The notes: generated by a model from the sequence alone, not told the origin. DNA of 64,000 nt from a virus (IMGVR_UViG_3300029444_000365:1-64000), one strand, 5' to 3'; numbered from the stretch's first letter, positions 18,134 through 26,092 are shown. Program-made: numbers and translations.

Positions 18134-18316
18134 CTACTCAAATTTCTTATTAACCCAATGTCCTGTTGGATCAATTCTGTATTCTTCAACCAAATGTACT
18201 TTTTCTAACCATGCACAGTCACCATTCTCACATCTAATTGGCAACCATGCGAATACAGTGGAGTATCTTAGTTCACCATGATAAGGTTTTCTTTGTACTA
18301 CTTGTTTCCATCTCAT
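18134..18316 (-). CDS. hypothetical protein (60 aa)
   Basis: ORF; preceded by conserved 5'UTR motif. Confidence 0.45.
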   Translation of the reverse strand: MRWKQVVQRKPYHGELRYSTVFAWLPIRCENGDCAWLEKVHLVEEYRIDPTGHWVNKKFE

Positions 18317-18350
18317 AGTTTTTACCTCTCTTTCAAAGAAACGAACTTTC

Positions 18351-18518
18351 TTAGTAATCGTTTCCTATCAAACATACAAAACAACCACACTCCATACAGT
18401 CACCATGTCCAGTTTCAGAACACTCTTCTGCCACATTACATAATTTTTCTGGAATTTTTGTTATGTAATATCCATTATCTTTTAAAAGCTCTATTGCTTC
18501 TTTAATTTTTGTTTCCAT
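18351..18518 (-). CDS. hypothetical Cys-rich protein (55 aa, METKIKEAIELLKDNGYY...)
   Basis: GAGGT RBS; below track cutoff. Confidence 0.4.
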   Translation of the reverse strand: METKIKEAIELLKDNGYYITKIPEKLCNVAEECSETGHGDCMECGCFVCLIGNDY

Positions 18519-18533
18519 TTTCTACCTCACAAT

Positions 18534-18749
18534 CTAGCAAATATGTTTGCTTGTGTCTATTTTTAAAGCATCTGCTTCCAAGTCTTCTACTAACGTTCTT
18601 CGTTTCACTATTCTTTTTCCATTACAATAATTACACTTTTCTTCCCAAGATTGATCTTCGTAACAATTTAATCTTTTTGAACATTGTATTTTCCCATTAC
18701 CATTACATATGGGGCAAATAATATTTTCAAATTTTTCTAATACTTTCAT
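18534..18749 (-). CDS. hypothetical zinc-ribbon protein (71 aa)
   Basis: CPICNG..C...CNYCNG. Confidence 0.45.
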   Translation of the reverse strand: MKVLEKFENIICPICNGNGKIQCSKRLNCYEDQSWEEKCNYCNGKRIVKRRTLVEDLEADALKIDTSKHIC

Positions 18750-18897
18750 TTATTTTTCTCACCTGTTCATGTTTATCTTCTCTCTCATAATTGTAAACAC
18801 CAACTACTTTTGCTATTTCTATGCAACATTCATAATCATCCAAATCAGGTGATTGCAATAACTCAATAATTTTATTTACTTTTTCTTCATCACTCAT
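18727..18897 (-). CDS. hypothetical protein (56 aa, MSDEEKVNKIIELLQSPDLDDYECC...)
   Basis: AAGAGGTG RBS; overlaps next gene start by 23 nt. Confidence 0.35.
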   Translation of the reverse strand: MSDEEKVNKIIELLQSPDLDDYECCIEIAKVVGVYNYEREDKHEQVRKINESIRKI

Positions 18898-18912
18898 ATT
18901 TTCACCTCTTAA

Positions 18913-19014
18913 TCATTTCTCAAATTCTTCGCCAGTTGCACAATCATTTTTGACAGGAATTTTATCACTGTTATTTATTTCTTTTATGATATCTTTTGCA
19001 AATTTAACTGACAT
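18913..19014 (-). CDS. hypothetical peptide (33 aa)
   Basis: weak RBS; low confidence. Confidence 0.2.
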   Translation of the reverse strand: MSVKFAKDIIKEINNSDKIPVKNDCATGEEFEK

Positions 19015-19022
19015 AGTTCACT

Positions 19023-19142
19023 TTACTTCCTTGTTAGTCTAATTATCATCTCTACAAGTCTTTCCTTACTCATAGCATGTAAATGCTCTCTCTTCTCATC
19101 ATCTGAGCAGTTTTTAATAATTTTTAAATCACTCTCTGGCAT
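19023..19142 (-). CDS. hypothetical protein (39 aa, MPESDLKIIKNCSDDEKREHLHAMSKERLVEMIIRLTRK)
   Basis: track ORF 19023..19211 trimmed so it no longer overlaps the tRNA; strong RBS TAAGGAGGA 8 nt upstream. Confidence 0.45.
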   Translation of the reverse strand: MPESDLKIIKNCSDDEKREHLHAMSKERLVEMIIRLTRK

Positions 19143-19171
19143 TTTTAATATCCTCCTTATATTTTTTCTAA

Positions 19172-19246
19172 CTAGGCTGGTGGGACTTGAACCCACAAAA
19201 CCTGCGGTCAAAGCGCAGTGCGTCTAACCAATTTCGCCACAGCCCA
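19172..19246 (-). tRNA. tRNA-Gln (anticodon UUG), no encoded CCA
   Basis: hand-folded cloverleaf: acceptor UGGGCUG/CAGCCUA with U1-A72, U8, D-loop GG, anticodon stem CUGCG/CGCAG, loop CUUUGAC, T-arm GUGGG-UUCAAGU-CCCAC, G73. Confidence 0.7.
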
Positions 19247-19289
19247 TTAGAGATGGTGTGGAATTTCACCACACCAAGTTATTCTCTAT

Positions 19290-19883
19290 TTACTGGTCTG
19301 AATCAGCATCCTTTGTAACTACAGTATCGCTACCCTGTACTGTAACCCATCCATGTTTAAGTCTTGCTTCTGCCTCTTTCATACGAATGAGCTGATCAGT
19401 AATTGAACTGTTAATCTTTGCATTTGCGTCTGCCTCTGCCTCTGCTGCGATAACCTTTGCGTCTGCATCACCCTGAGCTTTTGTAACCTCTGCTTCAGCG
19501 TCAGCTTTTGCCTTATCAATATTTGTCTGATTCTGAATTGCCTGAGTCTCTGCGTCCTGTTGAGCCTTAATCTTAGCATTTATAGCTTTCATTGTATCTT
19601 TATCCACATCAATATTGATTAAAGATACGTTGCTAATTGTAATACCATACGGCTCAAATTTCTTTGCAAGATAATCTGAAACTGCACTATTAATATTCGC
19701 TCTTTCAGAACCAAGAATATCGGATACTTTGTAATTTGCAACAATCTCTTTAGTCCAAGAAACAATATTAGGTTTGATAAAACTATCTCTTACCTCTTTA
19801 CCACTCTGACCTTTAAATCTTGTAAAAACGTCTGCAACACTATTTTGTTTATACTGGTATGTATAAGTAAGCTCTAAAGTCAT
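19290..19883 (-). CDS. SPFH/band-7 (HflC/stomatin-like) protein, C-terminal part (frame B of a frameshift-split gene)
   Basis: TASSSEGKSMTLELTYTYQY..VADVF band-7 core, Ala/Glu/Lys-rich tail. Confidence 0.6.
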   Translation of the reverse strand: MTLELTYTYQYKQNSVADVFTRFKGQSGKEVRDSFIKPNIVSWTKEIVANYKVSDILGSERANINSAVSDYLAKKFEPYGITISNVSLINIDVDKDTMKAINAKIKAQQDAETQAIQNQTNIDKAKADAEAEVTKAQGDADAKVIAAEAEADANAKINSSITDQLIRMKEAEARLKHGWVTVQGSDTVVTKDADSDQ

Positions 19884-20167
19884 TGACTTACCCTCTGATG
19901 AACTTGCTGTAAAACTATCATCGTCTGGTGAATCTCCTTTTTAGAAGCTGTTAGATATGACTGCTCAAGACCAACTGTATATAATGTTGTCTTTACCATT
20001 GGACTCTTCCAATGCCAACCTTGATCAAGTACCTTTTTCTCTACTCCACCGTTCGCATTGTACTGAACTGCTGCATAGCCAGCAGGTACTCTTACTAAAG
20101 ATTTCATACATATGATTACTCCAATTACAAGTACAATTGCTGCTACAAATCCTCCTAGTTTCTTCAT
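19880..20167 (-). CDS. SPFH/band-7 protein, N-terminal part (TM helix + start of band-7 domain)
   Basis: MKKLGGFVAAIVLVIGVII TM, VPAGYAAVQYNANGGVEKKVLDQGWHWKSPM; joins frame B by a -1 shift at CTAAAAAG (19938-19946). Confidence 0.55.
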   Translation of the reverse strand: MKKLGGFVAAIVLVIGVIICMKSLVRVPAGYAAVQYNANGGVEKKVLDQGWHWKSPMVKTTLYTVGLEQSYLTASKKEIHQTMIVLQQVHQRVSQ

Positions 20168-20319
20168 TCTTTTGTCTCCTTTTCATCTTTATTTATTTCT
20201 TCTATCACACTATTTTTTATTATCTTATAGATAAATGAGCCTATTTTTGTAAAAAATGGTGACAGTAAAAACCATAATATTAATAGTCCTATAATGACCA
20301 AAATCATCAAAACTGACAT
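20164..20319 (-). CDS. small membrane protein (51 aa) upstream of the SPFH gene
   Basis: AAGGAG RBS, TM helix, ATGA overlap with SPFH start. Confidence 0.4.
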   Translation of the reverse strand: MSVLMILVIIGLLILWFLLSPFFTKIGSFIYKIIKNSVIEEINKDEKETKE

Positions 20320-20323
20320 TTGA

Positions 20324-20719
20324 TTATTCTCCTTGTTTTAATGTTGATATTCCTAATTTCTCTTCTAATTTTCTTTTTTCTCTTTCCATTTTATTTAATT
20401 TAATTATCAAAGAATCATAGTTATTAATTACATCACAAGCTGCCATCATACTTTCTGCTAAATTTCTTATATATTCTTCTTCATGGCGGTAAATCTTCTG
20501 TAAGTCTTTAATATTTGTTTGCCCATTAAAAATTTTTATCAATACATTTGCTAATTCTTTTTGATTATTTGGTGAATAATTAAAATTCACGCTCCAAGAA
20601 AAAGGAATATTGGTTAATTTTTCTATTCTATTAATTTCAGTTTTTAGGCTATTTATTTGTACACAAGTTTCTCTTAGTTCTTCTAATAGAGATTGCTCTT
20701 TATTCTTTTTATCAAACAT
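20324..20719 (-). CDS. hypothetical coiled-coil protein (131 aa)
   Basis: ORF in array. Confidence 0.5.
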   Translation of the reverse strand: MFDKKNKEQSLLEELRETCVQINSLKTEINRIEKLTNIPFSWSVNFNYSPNNQKELANVLIKIFNGQTNIKDLQKIYRHEEEYIRNLAESMMAACDVINNYDSLIIKLNKMEREKRKLEEKLGISTLKQGE

Positions 20720-20723
20720 ATTA

Positions 20724-20858
20724 TTACCTCAACAACAAATATTTTAACCAATCAGGTATATCAGCATTTACAACCATACTAAATATCCCAATGTTTGCTA
20801 ATATAGCGAGTATCGTAATTACTATAAATATTCCTATAATAAATAACTTATCTTTCAT
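20724..20858 (-). CDS. small TM peptide (44 aa)
   Basis: GGGAG RBS; hydrophobic; below track cutoff. Confidence 0.35.
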   Translation of the reverse strand: MKDKLFIIGIFIVITILAILANIGIFSMVVNADIPDWLKYLLLR

Positions 20859-21076
20859 ATGTATTTATTCTCCCCTTGCCAACTTATATATCCAAGTATC
20901 AACAGTTTCTGTAAATCATTGCCATGAAAACCTGTTACATCGCAAAATGCACCAAGTATTTCTGTATCTTCATGTGTTATTGCATGATAATTTACACTAT
21001 TACATTCTTCTAAGTGATTCATATTTCCATTTTGGAAAAATGTGTCTTGTAATATTTCATATTCAGTATTCGTCAT
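20855..21076 (-). CDS. hypothetical protein (73 aa)
   Basis: ORF in array. Confidence 0.45.
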   Translation of the reverse strand: MTNTEYEILQDTFFQNGNMNHLEECNSVNYHAITHEDTEILGAFCDVTGFHGNDLQKLLILGYISWQGENKYI

Positions 21077-21079
21077 ATT

Positions 21080-21220
21080 TTATGCACCATATCTTTCCAG
21101 TTCATCTAAAATTTTCTCAGCTTTAATATTGTGTTCATCACATTTTTTAGATAATAGATTCATTATCGAAACATAAAATTTTATCACCGCAAGATGAAAT
21201 CTAAATCTAACTTCGTTCAT
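21080..21220 (-). CDS. hypothetical protein (46 aa)
   Basis: GGAGG RBS 6 nt upstream of second ATG. Confidence 0.35.
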   Translation of the reverse strand: MNEVRFRFHLAVIKFYVSIMNLLSKKCDEHNIKAEKILDELERYGA

Positions 21221-21308
21221 ACTCATCCTCCAAACATTTCATGCCGTATAACCATTCAGAAAATCCAACGACACCTGCGACCAATGTAATTTCCAAAATC
21301 CATTCCAT
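21207..21308 (-). CDS. small TM peptide (33 aa)
   Basis: AGAGG RBS; low confidence. Confidence 0.25.
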   Translation of the reverse strand: MEWILEITLVAGVVGFSEWLYGMKCLEDEYERS

Positions 21309-21310
21309 AT

Positions 21311-21787
21311 CTATAACCTCTGATTCTTGGCAATACGTTTAATTTTCAAATCTTTTGGAATATCCATTGGTCTGAAATCAGACCTTATAATCCTTGATAT
21401 AATTACTGGCTTAACACCACATTTGGTATAACACATGACTATATCTCCTACCGATATATTCTCCATAAACATATTCCATTTCTCAGAAGTCGGAACTCTC
21501 CAAACGTATTCTTTATCACTCTGCTGATTTGGGTGCTTGCCATATATGTATGTAACTACTTTTTTATTCTCTCTTTCATATCTATATTGTTTGACATGTT
21601 CCACATCAAACTCTTTAAGCACTAAATATCTTATGTATCCATCTACCAATTCTTTTTTATGGTTGATTATAATTGGCTTGTCCAGTTCTCCATACTTAAG
21701 GAAATATCTCTTTACTCTGTTCATCTTTGCCTCATTTGGTACAGACTCGGCAAGATAATCTGGGATTATAATGTCTGCTAACTTCAA
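21311..21787 (-). CDS. ParB/Srx-like nuclease domain protein (158 aa)
   Basis: N-terminal KPIIINHKKELVDGYIRYLVLKEF resembles ParB N-domain (PIiV..G.hR). Confidence 0.5.
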   Translation of the reverse strand: MKLADIIIPDYLAESVPNEAKMNRVKRYFLKYGELDKPIIINHKKELVDGYIRYLVLKEFDVEHVKQYRYERENKKVVTYIYGKHPNQQSDKEYVWRVPTSEKWNMFMENISVGDIVMCYTKCGVKPVIISRIIRSDFRPMDIPKDLKIKRIAKNQRL

Positions 21788-21815
21788 TTTATTTGTTCTC
21801 CTTTATTTTATGTAT

Positions 21816-23264
21816 TTATGCATTTGCCATCTTATCAAAACTTCTCTTCATGAAGTCATAATTTACCTTCTGTGAAGAGCTAAATTTCTTCTGATTTTTG
21901 TATTTATTAATCCATTCCTCAAACTTGTCCTCATTCTCATTCTTGCAAGCATAAGCCATTAAAGCAATTAATGCCATCTGACACTTCTGATATAGTGGAA
22001 TATCTATTTTTATCTGATTATGATTAAAACAATACTCAACTAAATCTGTATATTCTTCAACATCCTCATTTGTCACTTCAGAATCTGCATTCTCCTGAAC
22101 AAAGGAAAGAATGCTTTCTTCCGTATTATCTTCAACATTTTCTTCCGTATTATTATTCTCTATTTCCTTGCTATTTGTTTCTGCTGTATCAATATATAAA
22201 AAATCGTTCATCAAAGCTGTATATGTATTAATTTTAGCAACTACAAGTTTTTTATCTGTAGTACCAGACTCTTTATTTAACGAATCGTAACTGACACCAT
22301 TAACATCAATACTATGTAATTTTCCTGATAACTCATGAATAAAATCTGCAAACTTGCTATCTTCTAAACCACATTTTGCAAATCTACTAAATACTGTCAG
22401 CCATACAGGAATATCTTTTTTAACAAGAATATCTTTACAAGTATCTTTACAAGCCGCTTCGATTCTTTGAAAATATTCATGGATTGTATTAAACTCTTCG
22501 ATATTACTGTTATCTTCGAGATAATCACATATTTCTTTTGCACCACGTTTATAGTCATCAAAATGAAAAACATTCATAACAGATCTGCATACACTCTGCA
22601 TATATTCTCCGTTTTTTCTGGCAGTATCAGAATACTCAATACTATTTTTAAAGAATCCTTCATCGGCAATGTTTTTAATTTTTCTTGCATATGTAGGAAT
22701 CCAAGTCAACGCTCTCTGACTTGTATTCATTCCTCTTTGTACATTCAATTTTCTTACCAATTTACTTACCTTTTTCATATCACAATTTTGATATGTGGCA
22801 ATTCTAAGCTGATAATTGTCAAATCGTTTCTTCAGTTCTTTTGGAAAATCATCATATGTTTTATTTTTAATATCAAATGTTTTCTTTTCCCATACAAAAT
22901 TCCCATCATCATCTTTTAGAAATTTACCATTTTCGTCTACTTGCTTTTCCTGGTACTCAATTTCACTATCTTCAATAGCACCAGTAAATTTATGATTTCC
23001 ATATCTAATCTGCATCAATGCGGTTGTTCTCTGAAGACCATCTACAATATATTTCTGTACAATATCTTCATTTAAAGGAATTTCGGCTAAAATTAAAGGT
23101 GGAAGATAATCACCAGTTAAGATCGTAACACCGATTCCATTAACAAATGGTTTGTCGCTACAGAAATACCTCTGTACATCCTGATTGTCATTAACATCTC
23201 CATCTTTTACCTCACTGGTATAGTTAATCAATGGAATATTTTCTTCTCTTACTTTCTTTGCCAT
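21816..23264 (-). CDS. DUF262-like (GmrSD N-terminal, DGQQR-motif ParB-fold) protein, 482 aa
   Basis: IVDGLQRTTALMQI = DGQQR signature of DUF262; long acidic C-terminal region. Confidence 0.6.
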   Translation of the reverse strand: MAKKVREENIPLINYTSEVKDGDVNDNQDVQRYFCSDKPFVNGIGVTILTGDYLPPLILAEIPLNEDIVQKYIVDGLQRTTALMQIRYGNHKFTGAIEDSEIEYQEKQVDENGKFLKDDDGNFVWEKKTFDIKNKTYDDFPKELKKRFDNYQLRIATYQNCDMKKVSKLVRKLNVQRGMNTSQRALTWIPTYARKIKNIADEGFFKNSIEYSDTARKNGEYMQSVCRSVMNVFHFDDYKRGAKEICDYLEDNSNIEEFNTIHEYFQRIEAACKDTCKDILVKKDIPVWLTVFSRFAKCGLEDSKFADFIHELSGKLHSIDVNGVSYDSLNKESGTTDKKLVVAKINTYTALMNDFLYIDTAETNSKEIENNNTEENVEDNTEESILSFVQENADSEVTNEDVEEYTDLVEYCFNHNQIKIDIPLYQKCQMALIALMAYACKNENEDKFEEWINKYKNQKKFSSSQKVNYDFMKRSFDKMANA

Positions 23265-23283
23265 GAGTATTTCCTCCTTATGT

Positions 23284-23844
23284 TTACATTAAAATTTTTA
23301 CATTCTCATATGCTTGAATAGCTGCAAGATTATTAGAATATTGTTTGCTATCCATATGTAATAATTCTCTGATTTCCTTTGCCTTATATCCTTCAGATAA
23401 CAAAGCAACTATTTTCCGTTGATTATATGATAATTTATTCAAATATCTTTCTATCTTTGTGCCTTCAAGCATATACTCAGCAACAAGTTCATATGTATTA
23501 AAATCTGATGGAATTAATTCGCTTAATTCCATACCATCCTCTGATACCAAACTATTGATTGAATCAATCTTCTTCGCAGGAATTCGTTTGTTACGATTAC
23601 GATCACGAATTTCAGTTTTAAACTTTCGTTTAATGTTGCTGGCTAAGAATGAATCAAAACTGCATTGATTTTTTTCATCATATTTAAAAACCGAATAACT
23701 AAGTGTATCTAATGCAATGTCAAAGAAATCATCATAATCCTTATCAGATATGCCACCTATTTTGATTATCATTGGAAGACACATTTTCTTGAGCATAGCC
23801 ATTTCGTTGTTACAGTAATAGTTAAGTGTTTGTTGTATATCCAT
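23284..23844 (-). CDS. sigma-70 family (ECF/phage-type) sigma factor
   Basis: region 2-like core, region 4 HTH LSYNQRKIVALLSEGYKAKEIRELLHMDSKQYSNNLAAIQ. Confidence 0.7.
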   Translation of the reverse strand: MDIQQTLNYYCNNEMAMLKKMCLPMIIKIGGISDKDYDDFFDIALDTLSYSVFKYDEKNQCSFDSFLASNIKRKFKTEIRDRNRNKRIPAKKIDSINSLVSEDGMELSELIPSDFNTYELVAEYMLEGTKIERYLNKLSYNQRKIVALLSEGYKAKEIRELLHMDSKQYSNNLAAIQAYENVKILM

Positions 23845-23869
23845 TTCATTACTCCTTTGATTTTGATGT

Positions 23870-24148
23870 TTACTTATTCTCTGTTTCGTTCACTTCAATT
23901 ATTCGATATGTATATTTTCGGTTGAATAATCCATTTATTGCTTTTTGTGTTCTTTCTTTGCTGACTTTAGTGGTGTCTACTTCAGCAATTACATTATGTA
24001 TAATGACCATCTCATCTTTGAGGTTACGTCTATTTTTTCGATTTGTACGAATTCTCTTATAGAATATCCAGCCTCTGTAGAGATCAACTGGCTTTTCCAA
24101 CTCTACTTCATGTAAGATATCTATCAATTCTTCGTCAGCTCGCTTCAA
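23870..24148 (-). CDS. hypothetical protein (92 aa)
   Basis: ORF. Confidence 0.45.
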   Translation of the reverse strand: MKRADEELIDILHEVELEKPVDLYRGWIFYKRIRTNRKNRRNLKDEMVIIHNVIAEVDTTKVSKERTQKAINGLFNRKYTYRIIEVNETENK

Positions 24149-24220
24149 CTCAATTTCGAGTTCTTTATATCTTTTTGCTGCATCACTAAGAATTCGTTCA
24201 CATTCGCCAAACTTATCAAC

Positions 24221-24496
24221 TCAAGACTTAACTGATTCAGCAACTTCATATCCATCATTACCTTTAATTGATACTTTAGTTGCTTTAACAATTCTCTCAA
24301 CTGATGTTTCCATCTTAATATCAGGTATACATTCCAATTTAAAATGTAAACGTCTCATAGATTTTGGTAGATGCTCCAAGATATTTTCTGCCTTTTGCTT
24401 TTGAAATGTGTCTCTTGTTTTCTTTGTACAAGCAATTGGTTGTCCATTATTGAGCCTTATGTATACACCATTGTTGTTTACAATTGCGTATTCCAA
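24221..24496 (-). CDS. hypothetical protein (91 aa)
   Basis: ORF. Confidence 0.45.
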   Translation of the reverse strand: MEYAIVNNNGVYIRLNNGQPIACTKKTRDTFQKQKAENILEHLPKSMRRLHFKLECIPDIKMETSVERIVKATKVSIKGNDGYEVAESVKS

Positions 24497-24528
24497 TTTC
24501 TATCACCCTTTCTTCTTATTTATAATAA

Positions 24529-24588
24529 GAGGCATCAAGGAGTTGAACCTTACATAATTTGACTTTCCTGTAAAGCTGATGCCTCATC
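24529..24588 (-). other. tRNA-like remnant: 8-bp acceptor-like stem (GAGGCAUC/GAUGCCUC) + T-arm (AAGG-UUCAACU-CCUU) but no D or anticodon arm
   Basis: hand fold; middle hairpin has 5-nt loop so not a functional tRNA. Confidence 0.4.
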
Positions 24589-24715
24589 CGTTAGTGGATT
24601 AAACTATGGTAGAACTATAGCAGCTACACATTCTGCTCTTACAAGGCAATATGTATGTACAAAGAAACAAGTACCTTGCGTACTGCACTTACATCGGGTG
24701 TGATTCAGTGCATAA

Positions 24716-24787
24716 CGGGGCTACTGGGATTCGAACCCAGAAATACATGGATCAAAACCATGTGCCTTGCCATTTGGCGATAACCCT
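24716..24787 (-). tRNA. tRNA-Gln (anticodon UUG), no encoded CCA
   Basis: AGGGUUAUCGCCAAAUGGCAAGGCACAUGGUUUUGAUCCAUG...GGGUUCGAAUCCCAGUAGCCCCG; close to bacterial tRNA-Gln, unpaired 1:72, G73. Confidence 0.75.
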
Positions 24788-24845
24788 ATAATTTATTAAA
24801 TTTTGATTAAATATGTGAAAAATATGCTGAATTGCTTGAATTTAA

Positions 24846-24874
24846 TTGACATTCCATCAATTTATATGTATTAT
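24846..24874 (+). promoter_or_regulatory. sigma-A-type promoter TTGACA-17-TATTAT
   Basis: seen directly; drives the candidate sRNA. Confidence 0.5.
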
Positions 24875-24880
24875 AATTAT

Positions 24881-24977
24881 GAGCGTATTCCAGTACGTTC
24901 ATAATACAATTCAACCAAATATTTTTAGGAAAGTCGAGCTAGTGTTCCAGCACTATGATGCTCGGCTTTCTCTTTTT
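24881..24977 (+). ncRNA. candidate small RNA (~95 nt) ending in an intrinsic terminator
   Basis: promoter upstream; nested hairpin GUCGAGC[UAGUG-UUCCAG-CACUA]UGAUGCUCGGC followed by UUUCUCUUUUU; no RBS/plausible ORF; convergent with MazF operon. Confidence 0.45.
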
Positions 24978-25093
24978 GTATCTCACATTTTATATATTAG
25001 AACGTTCGTTCGATTTTGTCAATACTTTTATCGAACATTCATTCTGTTTTTTATATAATATCACGTTACGAGTCCCAAATTCTGCTCTCGTAA

Positions 25094-25360
25094 CTATTTT
25101 CTTGAAAGAATTGTATGTAAATATCCCCTTGGCGTTTCTTCTTGGATTTCTGAAAAAACTTTAAGCCCATTGGAAAATTCATCACATACCCTTGCGATGC
25201 TTGCAGCTTCTTCCAAGATATTTGTGCAGTCGCAAAATTTCTTTTTACAAAATCCAACATTCACATCAGGTTTTGCTAAATCCTGCTTCGCTACTAATAC
25301 AATAGCATCTTTTTTTGCAAACTTTTTCGCTTCTTCCAGCGACATTTTAATATATTCCAT
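25094..25360 (-). CDS. hypothetical protein (88 aa) downstream of MazF toxin, possible antitoxin/partner
   Basis: ATGA-type junction with toxin gene. Confidence 0.45.
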   Translation of the reverse strand: MEYIKMSLEEAKKFAKKDAIVLVAKQDLAKPDVNVGFCKKKFCDCTNILEEAASIARVCDEFSNGLKVFSEIQEETPRGYLHTILSRK

Positions 25361-25361
25361 A

Positions 25362-25724
25362 TTAAGCCTCCTCTAATTGCCCGAAATTAGCATCGTATAC
25401 TGCTTTGACTTTTATTTTCTCTTGTAATTTAGTGATAGTACCTAACTTCTTCATTATTCTCTTTTTTGAAACTTGCCTAACGCATTCACCAAGAATCATT
25501 GAATCTTTAGTTAATCCTTTGCCTAAATCCTTATGAAAGAAAGAATGTGTCGGTTGCTGAAGATGTTTTATTTTACTTGTAAATGGAATTACAATTGTTG
25601 TATCAGAATAAATATTGCCATAAGCATTCTGAATTACAACTGCTGGTCTTATACCGCCTTGCTCTCCAGCAAAGACCACATCTCCGAAATCAACTCTTAC
25701 AATATCAAAAGTATTTATTTCCAT
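25362..25724 (-). CDS. mazF: MazF/EndoA (PemK/Kid) family mRNA interferase toxin
   Basis: FDIVRVDFGDVVFAGEQGGIRPAVVIQNAYGNIYSDTTIVIPFTS...PTHSFF...KDSMILGECVRQVSKKR matches B. subtilis EndoA/E. coli MazF core. Confidence 0.8.
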   Translation of the reverse strand: MEINTFDIVRVDFGDVVFAGEQGGIRPAVVIQNAYGNIYSDTTIVIPFTSKIKHLQQPTHSFFHKDLGKGLTKDSMILGECVRQVSKKRIMKKLGTITKLQEKIKVKAVYDANFGQLEEA

Positions 25725-25873
25725 ATATCACATCCTCCTTTCTTATATTGAGTATTCATAACTACCTTGGATTACCTTTGATACTTCGTATTATATACCT
25801 ATACATATTATATGTCAACATATAATATTGAAAAATATAATATTTTTTGATATTATATTAATAAGTAATTCAC

Positions 25874-26092
25874 ATGGAGGTATTATATATGAAATTAAAT
25901 GTGAAACAAATTCTTGAAAAACAAGGCAAAACTCCATATTGGTTATCTAAGGTTACAGGAATTTCTAACAATAATATTAGCAATATTTGCAATGGTGACA
26001 CAAAAAGTATTCGACTTGACACCATTGAGAAAATATGTCATGCACTAAATTGCACACCAAATGATATTTTCACCAACGACACTAATAAATAA
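25874..26092 (+). CDS. XRE-family HTH transcriptional regulator (72 aa)
   Basis: HTH_3-like; divergent from mazF; GGAGG RBS. Confidence 0.65.
   Translation: MEVLYMKLNVKQILEKQGKTPYWLSKVTGISNNNISNICNGDTKSIRLDTIEKICHALNCTPNDIFTNDTNK

Noticed and set aside
19023-19211. Track ORF extending into tRNA-Gln
   Set aside because: N-terminal 23 codons are the reverse complement of the tRNA; an in-frame ATG at 19142 with a perfect TAAGGAGGA SD gives a non-overlapping 39-aa gene.
24846-25164. Plus-strand ORFs 24846..25058 and 24955..25164
   Set aside because: The first 'start' is the TTG of the -35 hexamer itself; there is no SD, and the ORF runs through a clear intrinsic terminator. Interpreted as a non-coding sRNA locus instead.
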